DNA from: Thermoanaerobaculia bacterium
GTDB taxonomy: Bacteria; Acidobacteriota; Thermoanaerobaculia; UBA5066
DNA length: 64,000 nt
Direction: 5' to 3'
NCBI GenBank assembly: GCA_038245905.1
Contig: JBBRRY010000007.1
Coordinates: forward strand, 32,001-96,000
In this document: positions 1 to 9,275 of the stretch, one piece after another
How positions within the stretch are numbered: position 1 is the stretch's first letter
Layout of the letters: the number at the start of each line of letters is the position of its first letter
Position numbers and translations under genes: made by a program
Notes under the pieces: generated by a model
The model's database searches: none
The model's input: the letters and a program-made list of their open reading frames with translations, nothing else
What the model was told of the DNA's origin: nothing

Positions 1-756
1 GTTCTCTCCCTCCGTGCCGAGCCCTGCGAGTCGCATGAGCTCGTCCGCGCCGACGTATCGACCCTTCTCGTCGTAAAGGCTCTTCGCGGGCACGAGGCGC
101 GCGCCGGGGATGTGGCCACCGCGCTTCTGTCCGGACATCGTCTCGCCCGCGAATTCCGCCGGCGTGCGCGCGTCCAGAAGCCGCGTGCCTTTCACGTCGA
201 GAGCCGCCTTCATCTCGGCCCTTTCGATCCGTCGCTCCGGGCGGACGCGCAGGACGAAATCGCCAGGCGCCGAGCGTACCGCCGCGGTCTCGACCGGGCG
301 CGCGGCATCGGCCCGCCAGGCCGGAAAGCCGCCGTCCAGCAGCCAGACTTCTCCGGCGCCCCAGTAAAGGAGGTTCCAGGCGATGCGCCCTTCCTCGCCC
401 CATCCGCCGGGCGCGCCGACGACGAGGACGGGCCGTTCGTTCGAGAGGCCGAGCGCGCGCAGACGGCGCTCGAGGTTTGCGTCCGGCGGCGGGACGCGAC
501 CCCAGCGTGCCGGGTCTCCGAAGAGCGAGCCGAGGAGCCCCGGCTTCTCGAGCGTCCACTCGCGCCAGTCGACGCGCGTTGAGCCCGGCACGTGACCCGC
601 CGCGAATTCCTTCGCGCTCCGTGCGTCGAGGACGGAGACGGCAGGGAGGCGACGGGCCGCTTCGGCAGCATCGACGACGCGGACGATGCCGGAGGGGGCC
701 GGTGACGCCGCACCCGCGACGAGGAGCAACGTGACCGAAAAAAGCGCGGCGCTCAC
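1..756 (-). CDS. Exported sulfurtransferase (tandem rhodanese), 3' end runs off the window
   Basis: Not in the ORF track (no stop in window). Manual translation from GTG 756: MSAALFSVTLLLVAGA (signal-like), VLDARSAKEFAAGHVPG, WLLDGGFPAW, LLDARTPAEFAG..KRGGHIPGA, which are the two rhodanese-domain signatures. Confidence 0.85.
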   Translation of the reverse strand, partial: MSAALFSVTLLLVAGAASPAPSGIVRVVDAAEAARRLPAVSVLDARSAKEFAAGHVPGSTRVDWREWTLEKPGLLGSLFGDPARWGRVPPPDANLERRLRALGLSNERPVLVVGAPGGWGEEGRIAWNLLYWGAGEVWLLDGGFPAWRADAARPVETAAVRSAPGDFVLRVRPERRIERAEMKAALDVKGTRLLDARTPAEFAGETMSGQKRGGHIPGARLVPAKSLYDEKGRYVGADELMRLAGLGTEGEN

Positions 757-775
757 CCTGGCACGTCGAAGCGTT

Positions 776-1363
776 CTAGAACCGGTATGGCACGAGTGCC
801 GGGTTGACGGGATGGGCCGTGAGGGAGATCTTGGGCGCCCCCTGGTACATGACTCCGACGTCGAACGCGAAACGCAGCGCGCTTCCGGACCGGACGGCGT
901 TCCCCCAGCCCAGACCGACGTAGGGGCACACGTCGTTGGCCGTGGCCTCTCCGTCGATCGTGCCTACGTTCGCGACGGAGTACGTCACGCCGTTGACCGA
1001 AATCGTGCCCGAAGCCGGAGATGTTCCTGTGACTTTGTTCCGGCTGTACACGCCGCCGATCGACAGTCGTGTGGCCTTTCCGCCCGGATGGACGTCGAGG
1101 AGCAGCCATGCGCTCCGGAGCGAGGCCTTCCCGTCGTACGTGAGGTCCTGCTCCGTGAAGGATCTCGAGAGGGAAAACCCCTGGACTCCCGCACGGAGGT
1201 TGAAGCTCGGCGCGAGGCCGATCGTGAGATCGAGGCCGGCGCCGAGGGTACCGGCCTTGAGGCCGAGGGCGACGCCCTGGGCCTGCGACCGGCCCGAGGG
1301 GCTCACCAAAGCGAAGGCGATCGCGAGAAGAGTCGAAACGTTCGACCTCGAGAAGAGACGCAT
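776..1363 (-). CDS. Outer-membrane beta-barrel protein, possibly with a C-terminal internal deletion
   Basis: ATG 1363 after an AAAGGAGG SD. Signal peptide, KAGTLGAGLDL, PYVGLGWGN, amphipathic strands, C-terminal YRF. Confidence 0.7.
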   Translation of the reverse strand: MRLFSRSNVSTLLAIAFALVSPSGRSQAQGVALGLKAGTLGAGLDLTIGLAPSFNLRAGVQGFSLSRSFTEQDLTYDGKASLRSAWLLLDVHPGGKATRLSIGGVYSRNKVTGTSPASGTISVNGVTYSVANVGTIDGEATANDVCPYVGLGWGNAVRSGSALRFAFDVGVMYQGAPKISLTAHPVNPALVPYRF

Positions 1364-1477
1364 GGGGCGGCCTCCTTTTCGCCGAAGGACTCCTACCGAC
1401 GAGTCCAGTATGGCGCTTCCACGCGCCCTCCTCCGCCGAATCACCGTAGAATCTGAGAGTCGTTCAAGGAGGACTTC

Positions 1478-2047
1478 ATGAACCGTCGTACATCACTCAT
1501 CGTCGCCGCCGGTGCTCTCGCGCTCGGATTCGTGGCCGCGCTCCCGCTCGCGGCGCGCGAGCTGGCCGGCGCCAACCTGCCGGACACGATGCCGGCCGGC
1601 GAGAAGGCGCTCAAGCTGAATGGTCTCGGCCTCCGCAAGAAGGCCATTTTCAAGGTCTACGTTGGAGGCCTCTATCTCGAGGCTTCGTCGAAGGATGCCG
1701 CGGCCATCGTCGCCGCCGATGCTCCGAAGGCCGTCCGCATGCATTTCCTGCGCGACCTCAAGAAGACGCAGCTCACCGACGGGTTCTCTGAGGGCTTCGA
1801 GGCGAACGCGAAAGAGAAAGCCGCGTCGCAGAAGGCTTCCATCGACAAGATGCTCGCCCTCGTTCCGGACGTGAAGGAAGGCGAGACGATGTCATTCGTT
1901 TACGTGCCCGGAAAGGGGACCACGCTTTACGCCGGTGACAAGGCGCTCGGAACGTTCGAGGGCAAGGATTTCGCCGACGCGGTTTTCTTGATCTGGTTGG
2001 GCCCGAAGCCGCCCTCCGAGGACCTGAAGAAGGGAATGTTGGGTTGA
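1478..2047 (+). CDS. Chalcone isomerase-like periplasmic protein
   Basis: AGGAGG SD, signal peptide, LKLNGLGLRKKAIFKVYVGGLYL and IWLGPKPPSEDLKKGMLG motifs. Confidence 0.85.
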   Translation: MNRRTSLIVAAGALALGFVAALPLAARELAGANLPDTMPAGEKALKLNGLGLRKKAIFKVYVGGLYLEASSKDAAAIVAADAPKAVRMHFLRDLKKTQLTDGFSEGFEANAKEKAASQKASIDKMLALVPDVKEGETMSFVYVPGKGTTLYAGDKALGTFEGKDFADAVFLIWLGPKPPSEDLKKGMLG

Positions 2048-4134
2048 CGAACGGCGCCCCTCTTCAGAGCCTCCTTTCCGAAAAACGCTTCGATCTCGTC
2101 GAATCCGCCTTTCAGGACGCGCTCTCGGACCCTGTCGGGAAGGCGGAGACGTTGCTTGCCGCCGTACGCGGTCTCGCGCGCGCGGGCCAGAAAGCCCGCG
2201 TCCAGTCCGTCGCCGCGGCCGCCGAGGCCGCGCTGAAGAAGAAGTCCTCCGACCCCGAAGTGGCGCGCCTGCGCTGGACGATTCTCAAGGAGGCGGTGCG
2301 CGCGGGCGCTACACCCTCCACGCCGGACGGATTCCACAAGCTGTTCGAGGAGGCCCTCGCGGCGGCGTGGCCGAATCGTCCGTCTCTCGTCGCCCTCCTC
2401 GGACGTTTCAGATTCCGGGAGGCGAAAGACCCGACGGACGGCCTCGCGCGCGCCGAGAAGGCCGAGAAGTGGCTTCCGTTCGAGGTCGGCCACGTGTTCT
2501 CGATGGCGGGACGCGGAGCCGGCAAGGTCGTCGAGACGAATTTCGCCCTCGATTCGGTCCGGGTGGACTTCGAAGCCGCGAAGGGCATCGCCATCCCGAT
2601 CGGTGTCGCGTCGAAGAGCCTCGTCGCGCTCGCCGAAGGCCACTTTCTGTTCGAGAAATTTACCGCTCCCGAGGCGCTGAAGGCCCGCGTGATCGACGAT
2701 CCCGGCGGCTCCATGAAGCAACTCATCGAGTCCTTCGGGCGCACGATGACGATGACCGAAGTGAAGGAGGCCGTGAAAGGCCTGATCTCCGAGGATGCGT
2801 GGACGTCGTGGTGGGCAGCCGCCCGGAAAAATCCGCAAGTCGTCGTTCATGGCAGCGGCAGGACCGCGACAGTCGAGTGGTCCGGCTCGGCGGATGCCGC
2901 GGACGCGACGCTGCTCGCGCGGTTCGAGAAGGCAACCCTGAAGGACCGTCTCGATCTGTTTCGCAAGAATCAGAAGCGTTCGATGACGCTTGCGACCGCG
3001 ATGGCGAAGGCGCTCGCGAAGGACGCGGAGGCGCTCGAGGACCGCGACCCCGCGCTGGCATTCGAGATCGCCGTCCTCGTCGAGAAATTCCCGGGCGTCG
3101 CGCTCGCGGGCGCCATCGAGAGGCACGTTCTCGCGCGCCCCCTTGCGCTTCTCTCGCGGCTCTCGGACCGCGTGACCCGTGAGCGTGCCCTGGAAGTCAT
3201 CGTGAAGGAGAAGCGAGCGGAGGCGCCGGCGATCCTCGCCGAGTGGTTCTTCAAGGAGGAAGACTCGCGCACGATCGAGGCGATCGACCGGAACCTCGCC
3301 GAGATCGACCCCGACACGCGCGAGCGCACGCTCGAGAAGCTCACGAAGTCGCCCCGCTCCGGCCCGCGCGCGTTCGTCTGGTTCGCCCAGCGCTCGGCCC
3401 AGGACGAGGCCTTTCGCGCCCGCCTCAATCCGCCGGTCCTGACGCGCCTCCTCGACGCCCTCACGTGGGACGAGCTCGGCGCGGCCCGCTCGAAAGTCCG
3501 GGAGATGTTCGACCGTACCGGACTCGTGGCGGGTTGGCTCGTGAAGCAGGCGACAGTCGAGGAGGCGCGCGTCTTTCTCGAGGCGCTCACGCGCCACCAG
3601 GAGCTCGAGCCCCACCGGCGCGACGGCCTCCTCGCCGCGGCCGAGATGCGGTTCCCGGATCTCCGGAAGACGGACGACGACACGTTCTTCGTCACCGCGG
3701 GAGCCATCGAGGGCAAGCGCAAGGAGCTGGAGAACATCCTGAAAGTGGAGATTCCCGAGAACACGAAGGGCATCGCGCTCGCGGCCGCCGAGGGTGACCT
3801 TTCGGAAAACTTCGAATACAAGGCGCGGCGCGACAAGCAGCAGCTCCTGTCCGCGCGCGCGGGAAAGATCCAGGCGGAGCTCGGGAAGGCGCGTGCCCTC
3901 GACCCCGCGACGGTCGACACGACCGAGGTGCGGCCGGGCGCGCGCGTCACGATCAAGGGGAAGGCGGGCGCGCGCACCGTCACGCTCCTCGGCCCCTGGG
4001 ACAGCAAGCCCGAGCAGGGGGTCTATTCGTACCTCTCGGACCTCGGCCGCGCCCTGCTCGGAAAGACGGTCGGAGAGAAGGCGGCGGTGCTGGGCGAGGA
4101 CGTCGAGATCGTCGAGATCGGCGTCTTCGCGTAG
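2044..4134 (+). CDS. greA: Long-form GreA/GreB transcription elongation factor with a large N-terminal helical extension
   Basis: C-terminal EIPENTKGIALAAAEGDLSENFEYKA and LGPWDSKPEQGVYSYLSDLGRALLGK Gre domains. TTG start overlaps the upstream stop. Confidence 0.8.
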   Translation: MTNGAPLQSLLSEKRFDLVESAFQDALSDPVGKAETLLAAVRGLARAGQKARVQSVAAAAEAALKKKSSDPEVARLRWTILKEAVRAGATPSTPDGFHKLFEEALAAAWPNRPSLVALLGRFRFREAKDPTDGLARAEKAEKWLPFEVGHVFSMAGRGAGKVVETNFALDSVRVDFEAAKGIAIPIGVASKSLVALAEGHFLFEKFTAPEALKARVIDDPGGSMKQLIESFGRTMTMTEVKEAVKGLISEDAWTSWWAAARKNPQVVVHGSGRTATVEWSGSADAADATLLARFEKATLKDRLDLFRKNQKRSMTLATAMAKALAKDAEALEDRDPALAFEIAVLVEKFPGVALAGAIERHVLARPLALLSRLSDRVTRERALEVIVKEKRAEAPAILAEWFFKEEDSRTIEAIDRNLAEIDPDTRERTLEKLTKSPRSGPRAFVWFAQRSAQDEAFRARLNPPVLTRLLDALTWDELGAARSKVREMFDRTGLVAGWLVKQATVEEARVFLEALTRHQELEPHRRDGLLAAAEMRFPDLRKTDDDTFFVTAGAIEGKRKELENILKVEIPENTKGIALAAAEGDLSENFEYKARRDKQQLLSARAGKIQAELGKARALDPATVDTTEVRPGARVTIKGKAGARTVTLLGPWDSKPEQGVYSYLSDLGRALLGKTVGEKAAVLGEDVEIVEIGVFA

Positions 4135-4147
4135 GAGAGGATCGGAA

Positions 4148-4279
4148 AGAATATTTTGCTTCGGATTCGGATAGGGATTTCTTAGAGAGGGGAATTTGGA
4201 ATGCCCATTGAGAACAGCTCGAACGGCGGGGGAGCGGCGATCCCCCGTGCCCTCTTTCCCTTTCTAAGCAAAATATTCC
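4148..4279. repeat. Dispersed motif cluster 1 (convergent pair)
   Basis: + AGAATATTTTGCTTCGGA (4148-4165) and + GGGATTTCTTAGAGAGGGG (4174-4192). The - copy at 4258-4279 reads GGAATATTTTGCTTAGAAAGGG. Purine-rich left flank, pyrimidine-rich right flank. Confidence 0.75.
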
Positions 4280-6204
4280 TTTTCCTCTTCCTCTTCATTT
4301 CCCTGTCTCTGCGCGGGGCCGACGACGTCGTCCTCCCGAACGAGAACCTCGTCGCGGACGGACTGCCCGCGATCCCGAAGTCGCTTGCCGAGAGAGTCGC
4401 GGGCTACACCGATTCGCGTGGCGCGATGTTCGAAGCGTGGCACCCCGTGCGCCGCGAGATGCTCATCGGCACGCGTTTCTCGGACGTCGCCGAAGTCCAC
4501 CGCGTGAAGGTTCCGGGCGGGGCGCGCACGCAGCTGACGTTCTATCCCGAGCGCACGGGCGGGGCGCGGTTCCGGCCGAACACGGGCGACGGGTTCGTCT
4601 TCAACAAGGATGTCGGCGGCGGCGAGTGGTACCAGCTCTTCTGGCGAGACGAGAAGACCGGCAAGGTCACGATGTTCACGGACGGAAAGTCCCGGAACAC
4701 GGGCGGCGACTTCTCGCACTCCGGCAAGTGGCTCGCGTACCAGTCCACGAAGCGGAACGGGAAAGACAACGATATCTACGTCGTGGACCCCGCGGACGCG
4801 AGGACCGAGCGGAAGGTCCTCGAGGTCTCGGGCGGCGGATGGGGCGTCTCCGACTGGTCGCCCGACGACAAGATTCTCCTCGTTGGCGAATACCTCTCCG
4901 TGAACGAGAGCCGCTACTGGCTGGTCGACGCGGCGACGGGCGCGAAGAGCCTCGCGACGCCGGAATCGAAGGAGAAGGTCGCCTGGGGCCGCGCCCTCTT
5001 CGCGAAGGACGGGAAGTCGGTCTACGCGACGACGGACTCCGGAGCCGAGTTCCACCGTCTCGTCTCGCTCGACCTCGCGACGAAGAAGATGACCGTCCTG
5101 ACGCCGGGCGTCGAGTGGGACGTGTCCTCGCTGAGTCTGTCCGAGGACGGGACCCGGCTCGCCTACGTCGTCAACGAAGGCGGCGCCGAGACCCTGCACG
5201 TCCTCGACACGGCCACGAAGAAGGAGATCGCGCTCCCGAAGGTCCCGCTCGGGACCATCGGCGCCGTGCGCTTCCACGAGAACGGGAAGGACCTGGCGTA
5301 CACGTTGTCCTCGGCGCAGTCGACCTCGGACGTCTACTCGATCGACGTGACGGCCGGGCCTACCGGAAAGATCGAACGCTGGACGGAAAGCGAGCTGGGC
5401 GGTCTCGACCCCGCGGCGCTCTCCCAGCCCGAGAAGATCTCGTGGAAGAGCTTCGACAGCCGCCCGATCACCGGATTCCTCTATCGCCCGCCTGCGTCCT
5501 TCAACGGCCCGCGCCCGGTGATCATCAACATCCACGGCGGACCCGAGGCTCAGTACCAGCCTGGATTCATCGGCCGAAACAACTTCTACGTGAACGAGCT
5601 CGGCGTCGCGATGATCTTCCCGAACGTGCGCGGCTCGTCGGGCTTCGGCAAGACGTTCGTCGCCCTCGACAACGCCGAGAAGCGCGAGGATTCGGTGAAG
5701 GACATCGGCGCCCTCCTCGACTGGATCGTCGCCCAGCCTTCGCTCGACAAGAGCCGCGTCATGGTGACGGGCGGGTCTTACGGCGGGTACATGACGCTCG
5801 CGTCGATGACGAATTACAACGACCGCTTCCGCTGCGCCGTCGACGTCGTGGGGATCTCGAACTGGGTCACGTTCCTCGAGCACACCGAGTCCTACCGGCG
5901 CGACCTGCGCCGCGCGGAATACGGCGACGAGCGCGACCCGAAGATGCGCGAGATCCTGCTGAAGATCTCGCCGCTCACGAACGCCGGGAAGATCACGAAG
6001 CCCATGTTGATCGTCCAGGGCCGCAACGATCCGCGCGTGCCCTACACCGAGGCCGAGCAGATGGTTGCCGCCATCAAGAAAAACGGCGGGCCCGTCTGGT
6101 ACCTCCTCGCGAAGGACGAAGGCCACGGGTTCAGCAAGAAGAAGAACCAGGACTTCCAGTTTCTCGCGACGCTGAAGTTCGTCGAGGACAACTTGCTCAA
6201 GTAG
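4201..6204 (+). CDS. S9 family (prolyl oligopeptidase/acylaminoacyl peptidase) serine peptidase
   Basis: Beta-propeller repeats, IHGGPE, catalytic GGSYGG, QGRNDPRVP, DEGHGF. Exact start uncertain. Confidence 0.92.
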   Translation: MPIENSSNGGGAAIPRALFPFLSKIFLFLFLFISLSLRGADDVVLPNENLVADGLPAIPKSLAERVAGYTDSRGAMFEAWHPVRREMLIGTRFSDVAEVHRVKVPGGARTQLTFYPERTGGARFRPNTGDGFVFNKDVGGGEWYQLFWRDEKTGKVTMFTDGKSRNTGGDFSHSGKWLAYQSTKRNGKDNDIYVVDPADARTERKVLEVSGGGWGVSDWSPDDKILLVGEYLSVNESRYWLVDAATGAKSLATPESKEKVAWGRALFAKDGKSVYATTDSGAEFHRLVSLDLATKKMTVLTPGVEWDVSSLSLSEDGTRLAYVVNEGGAETLHVLDTATKKEIALPKVPLGTIGAVRFHENGKDLAYTLSSAQSTSDVYSIDVTAGPTGKIERWTESELGGLDPAALSQPEKISWKSFDSRPITGFLYRPPASFNGPRPVIINIHGGPEAQYQPGFIGRNNFYVNELGVAMIFPNVRGSSGFGKTFVALDNAEKREDSVKDIGALLDWIVAQPSLDKSRVMVTGGSYGGYMTLASMTNYNDRFRCAVDVVGISNWVTFLEHTESYRRDLRRAEYGDERDPKMREILLKISPLTNAGKITKPMLIVQGRNDPRVPYTEAEQMVAAIKKNGGPVWYLLAKDEGHGFSKKKNQDFQFLATLKFVEDNLLK

Positions 6205-6260
6205 AGGAGAGGATGTGTTCTTGGAGGGGAGGCACCCTTCCGGGAAACTCGAGACGCGAC

Positions 6261-7472
6261 TCAGCGGTTGATTTCGAGGAAGTTTATGACTTCGTCGAGT
6301 GGAATCGCGAAGCTCAGACCCTGGCTGTCCTTGATCTTCAGGGTGTTGATCCCGACGACGCGACCCTCCTGATCGAGGAGGGGGCCGCCGCTGTTGCCCG
6401 GGTTGATCGAGGCGTCGTGCTGGATCATCGAGATCTCTCCGAACTGGCGGGGCCGGTCCGAGCTCACGATGCCCCGCGTCAGGCTCATCTCGAGGAGCGG
6501 ACCCGCGGGCGACCCCAGCGCGAAGACCGGGTCGCCCATCCTCAGCCGGACATTCTTCACGAAGGAGACGAACGGGACCGGCGGATCGACGTATGCCTGC
6601 AGAAGGGCGAGGTCGTGCAGCTCGTCCGTGGCGACGATGCGCGCGTCGATGGGCTTCTTCGATCCGGTGAGGAGGATCTGCTGATAGTCGGTGTGCTTGA
6701 CGACGTGAAAGTTCGTGATGAGCCGGCCGGTACCCGTCACGAAGAAACCGGTTCCGCTCGCGAACCCCTTCTCGAACGACAGCCGGGCGATGACGGTGAC
6801 GACAGCTCTCTTCGCGGCCGTAAAGGGCTCGCTCAAGCCCGGGGTTGGCTGCGACGTTGGCTGCACCACCACCGCCGGCGGCACGGATTCTGGCGCGATC
6901 GACGCGACCGATCTTGGCTCGAGCGGGGGCGTGGGCTTCGCCGCGTTGGCGGGGGCCCGGCGGTCCATCCGGGCGATGAACCAGCCGCCGAATCCGGCGA
7001 GCGCGAGGCCGAGGATGCCCATGAGAAGGAAGAGGGCGAGACGCACGCCTGCGGGTGGCGCGCCCGGGTCCGAGGGAAAACGTCCCGATTGCCTTGGGGG
7101 TGTCGAAGGATCTACAGGCCGCCACGCCGCGAGATTCGCCGTCTTGTAGGAACCTGTCACGGGTGCGGCGCTCGTCACCGCGAAGTCGACTGGACCGATG
7201 GAAAACGTATCGCCTGCGTCGAGAGGTGCTCGAGACGCGAGGGTCTGGTTGACGAGAATCGAAGGCACGCCGAGAGCGACCAGCTCCCAGCGGCCTCCCA
7301 CGTCGGAGAGGATCTCGGCGTGGAGGAGTTGGACCCCTTCGTACGAGAGGCACACGTCGTTCTGCCGGGAGTCCGCACCGATCCGGATCGCACGCTCGAC
7401 GAGGACGCGGCGCGGTGTGCCGCTCTTGGGCTCGGTCCACGTCAGCGTCAGGGGAACCGCGGGGCGCGTCAC
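6261..7472 (-). CDS. FHA-like domain + TM helix + trypsin-like (S1C) serine protease without PDZ
   Basis: N-terminal FHA-like strand pattern, one TM helix, then GTGFFV, ITNFHVV, DLALL, INPGNSGGPL. Confidence 0.85.
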   Translation of the reverse strand: MTRPAVPLTLTWTEPKSGTPRRVLVERAIRIGADSRQNDVCLSYEGVQLLHAEILSDVGGRWELVALGVPSILVNQTLASRAPLDAGDTFSIGPVDFAVTSAAPVTGSYKTANLAAWRPVDPSTPPRQSGRFPSDPGAPPAGVRLALFLLMGILGLALAGFGGWFIARMDRRAPANAAKPTPPLEPRSVASIAPESVPPAVVVQPTSQPTPGLSEPFTAAKRAVVTVIARLSFEKGFASGTGFFVTGTGRLITNFHVVKHTDYQQILLTGSKKPIDARIVATDELHDLALLQAYVDPPVPFVSFVKNVRLRMGDPVFALGSPAGPLLEMSLTRGIVSSDRPRQFGEISMIQHDASINPGNSGGPLLDQEGRVVGINTLKIKDSQGLSFAIPLDEVINFLEINR

Positions 7473-7475
7473 GAC

Positions 7476-8327
7476 TCAGCGCGGCCTGGCCGTCTGGGCC
7501 GTCGGAGCGGGGGGTGACGATCGAACGTTCGGGCCCGGCGCCGCATCGAACGGAAGCGTGCCGGAGGGCTTCTCGAGATCCTCCGCCCGTCCGGAGACGT
7601 CGGCGAGGAGCACGACGATCGAGTTGTCGCCACGTGACGAGTAGCTGCCCCGGGCGGCGAAGTCGCAGGAGAGGTAAAGGAAGATCTTCGCCTCCTCGCC
7701 GGGCATCAGGTTAGACGGATCCATCGTCTGGATCTGGCCATTGTGCTGTCCCGTGCGCAGGCTGCCGATAACGACATATGCCTTGAGGTCGCGCAACTTC
7801 ACACGCGAGATGTTCTTGACGACGCCATAGGTGACCGCCCGGCTCGCAGGGCACGTGCTCGTGTCGGCGAGGAAGGTCCCAAGCTCGAGGTATTCCGCCA
7901 CGGACTCCTTGCCGAAGAACTTGCGCCCTTCGAAATCGATCTCCTTGCCGCTCGCCGTCTTCAGCTTCCCGCTGCCTTCGTTCCGCTTCACGAGCCCTTC
8001 GGCGTCACGGATCTGCATCTTGTTCGCGATGCCCGACAGGACTTGCGGCGTGGCCGTCGGCGCGAGCATCGGCGTGGGAACGGCCGTCGGCGCGCCGTTG
8101 GCCTTCTCGGTCGCTTCCCAGTCGACATCCGAGGCGGCGTACATCGCGAGGACGCCGTTCGGACAAACGCGGAGCTTGACGTTCTTACCCCCGCGTCTGG
8201 GAAGGTCGAGCGTGCCGAGGCGCTCCCCGGCGCTCGTTACGAGAACGTAGGGGCACGCGCCGCTTCTTTGCCGCAGATCCTGGACCTGGAATAGAACGCC
8301 CGAGAGAATCAGCGCCGTCGCGATCAT
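7476..8327 (-). CDS. Secreted hypothetical protein with FxLYD/DUF3426-like C-terminal Ig-fold
   Basis: Hydrophobic N-terminus, Pro/Thr linker, GVVKNISRVKL..SNLMPGEEAKI. Confidence 0.55.
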   Translation of the reverse strand: MIATALILSGVLFQVQDLRQRSGACPYVLVTSAGERLGTLDLPRRGGKNVKLRVCPNGVLAMYAASDVDWEATEKANGAPTAVPTPMLAPTATPQVLSGIANKMQIRDAEGLVKRNEGSGKLKTASGKEIDFEGRKFFGKESVAEYLELGTFLADTSTCPASRAVTYGVVKNISRVKLRDLKAYVVIGSLRTGQHNGQIQTMDPSNLMPGEEAKIFLYLSCDFAARGSYSSRGDNSIVVLLADVSGRAEDLEKPSGTLPFDAAPGPNVRSSPPAPTAQTARPR

Positions 8328-8385
8328 TTTTTGCCTGTCTTCCGGTCAGTATAGACGCGTGCTCGTGTCCCGGCATACGAGCGCC

Positions 8386-9252
8386 CTATCCCCGGATGCG
8401 TCCGGGATGCGTGTAGACGTTGAAACGCTCGTCGCGCAGAAACCCGACGAGCGTGAGACCGGTCTCTTCGGCGAGATCCACCGCGAGGCTCGTCGGCGCC
8501 GACACGGCGGCCACGATGAGCACCCCGGCGAGCGCGGCCTTCTGGGCGATTTCGAAGCCGAGCCGGCCCGACACGAGAAGGACGGGCGGGCAGGGCCGGC
8601 GGTCTCGGAGGACGGCGCCGAGGACCTTGTCCGTCGCGTTGTGCCGTCCGACGTCCTCGCGCGCGAGAACGAGAGACCCGTCCGCCTCGAAGAGCCCGGC
8701 CGCGTGCAGGCCGCCGGTCGCGGAGAAAACCGATTGCCGCGCGTGCAACGCGCCGGGCAGCGTCGTGAGGAGGGCCGCGGAGACCACCACGTCGGGAGCG
8801 GAGCCGGGCCGCGGGGCGGACTTTCCCCGGCGCGCGGCCGCGGCCAGGGCAGCGACATCGTCGACCGACGTGCGGCCGCAGACGCCGCAGGCCGAGCCCA
8901 TGACGGTCGCCCGTCGCGCGCGCGGACGGTCCGCCCGGGGGGCGAGCGTGACGACGCGGACGTTCCGCGCGAGCTCCGGCCCGACGCGGGGATCCTCGGG
9001 CGGCCCGAGGGCGAGGATTTCGTCGAAGTTCTCGATGACGCCTTCGCCGAAGAGAAGCCCGACGACGAGGTCGTCGTCGTCGCCCGGAGTCCGCATCGTC
9101 ACGACGAACCGTTCCGGTTCGGCCCCGCCTTCCTTGAGCCGGATTTCGAGCGGCTCCTCCGCGACCAGCGAATCCTTCTCCCAGCGTGCCCCGCCGGCGT
9201 CGCGCCTCAGCACGAGCGTGGCCACCGAAGCGCCTTCGCGCGCGTCCGTCAC
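8386..9252 (-). CDS. fdhD: Formate dehydrogenase accessory sulfurtransferase FdhD
   Basis: EEPLEI, MRTPGDD, SACGVCG, TGGLHAA, REDVGRHNA, AVSAPTSLAV. Confidence 0.95.
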   Translation of the reverse strand: MTDAREGASVATLVLRRDAGGARWEKDSLVAEEPLEIRLKEGGAEPERFVVTMRTPGDDDDLVVGLLFGEGVIENFDEILALGPPEDPRVGPELARNVRVVTLAPRADRPRARRATVMGSACGVCGRTSVDDVAALAAAARRGKSAPRPGSAPDVVVSAALLTTLPGALHARQSVFSATGGLHAAGLFEADGSLVLAREDVGRHNATDKVLGAVLRDRRPCPPVLLVSGRLGFEIAQKAALAGVLIVAAVSAPTSLAVDLAEETGLTLVGFLRDERFNVYTHPGRIRG

Positions 9253-9258
9253 ACGGCT

Positions 9259-9268
9259 AGCCTACACT
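9259..9268. promoter_or_regulatory. Overlapping divergent -10 boxes for leaderless fdhD and YeiH-family genes
   Basis: TAGGCT (minus, 9259-9264) is 6 nt before the fdhD GTG. TACACT (plus, 9263-9268) is 7 nt before TTG 9276. Only 23 bp lie between the two starts. Confidence 0.55.
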
Positions 9269-9275
9269 CCGCGCC

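Noticed and set aside
4264-7517. Very long alternative-frame ORFs (4264-7440 minus, 4437-7517 plus; likewise 24211-26562, 31536-34001, 44641-47358, 47986-50934, 52249-54489)
   Set aside because: Shadow ORFs of real genes in high-GC DNA: Arg/Gly/Pro-rich, with no motifs.
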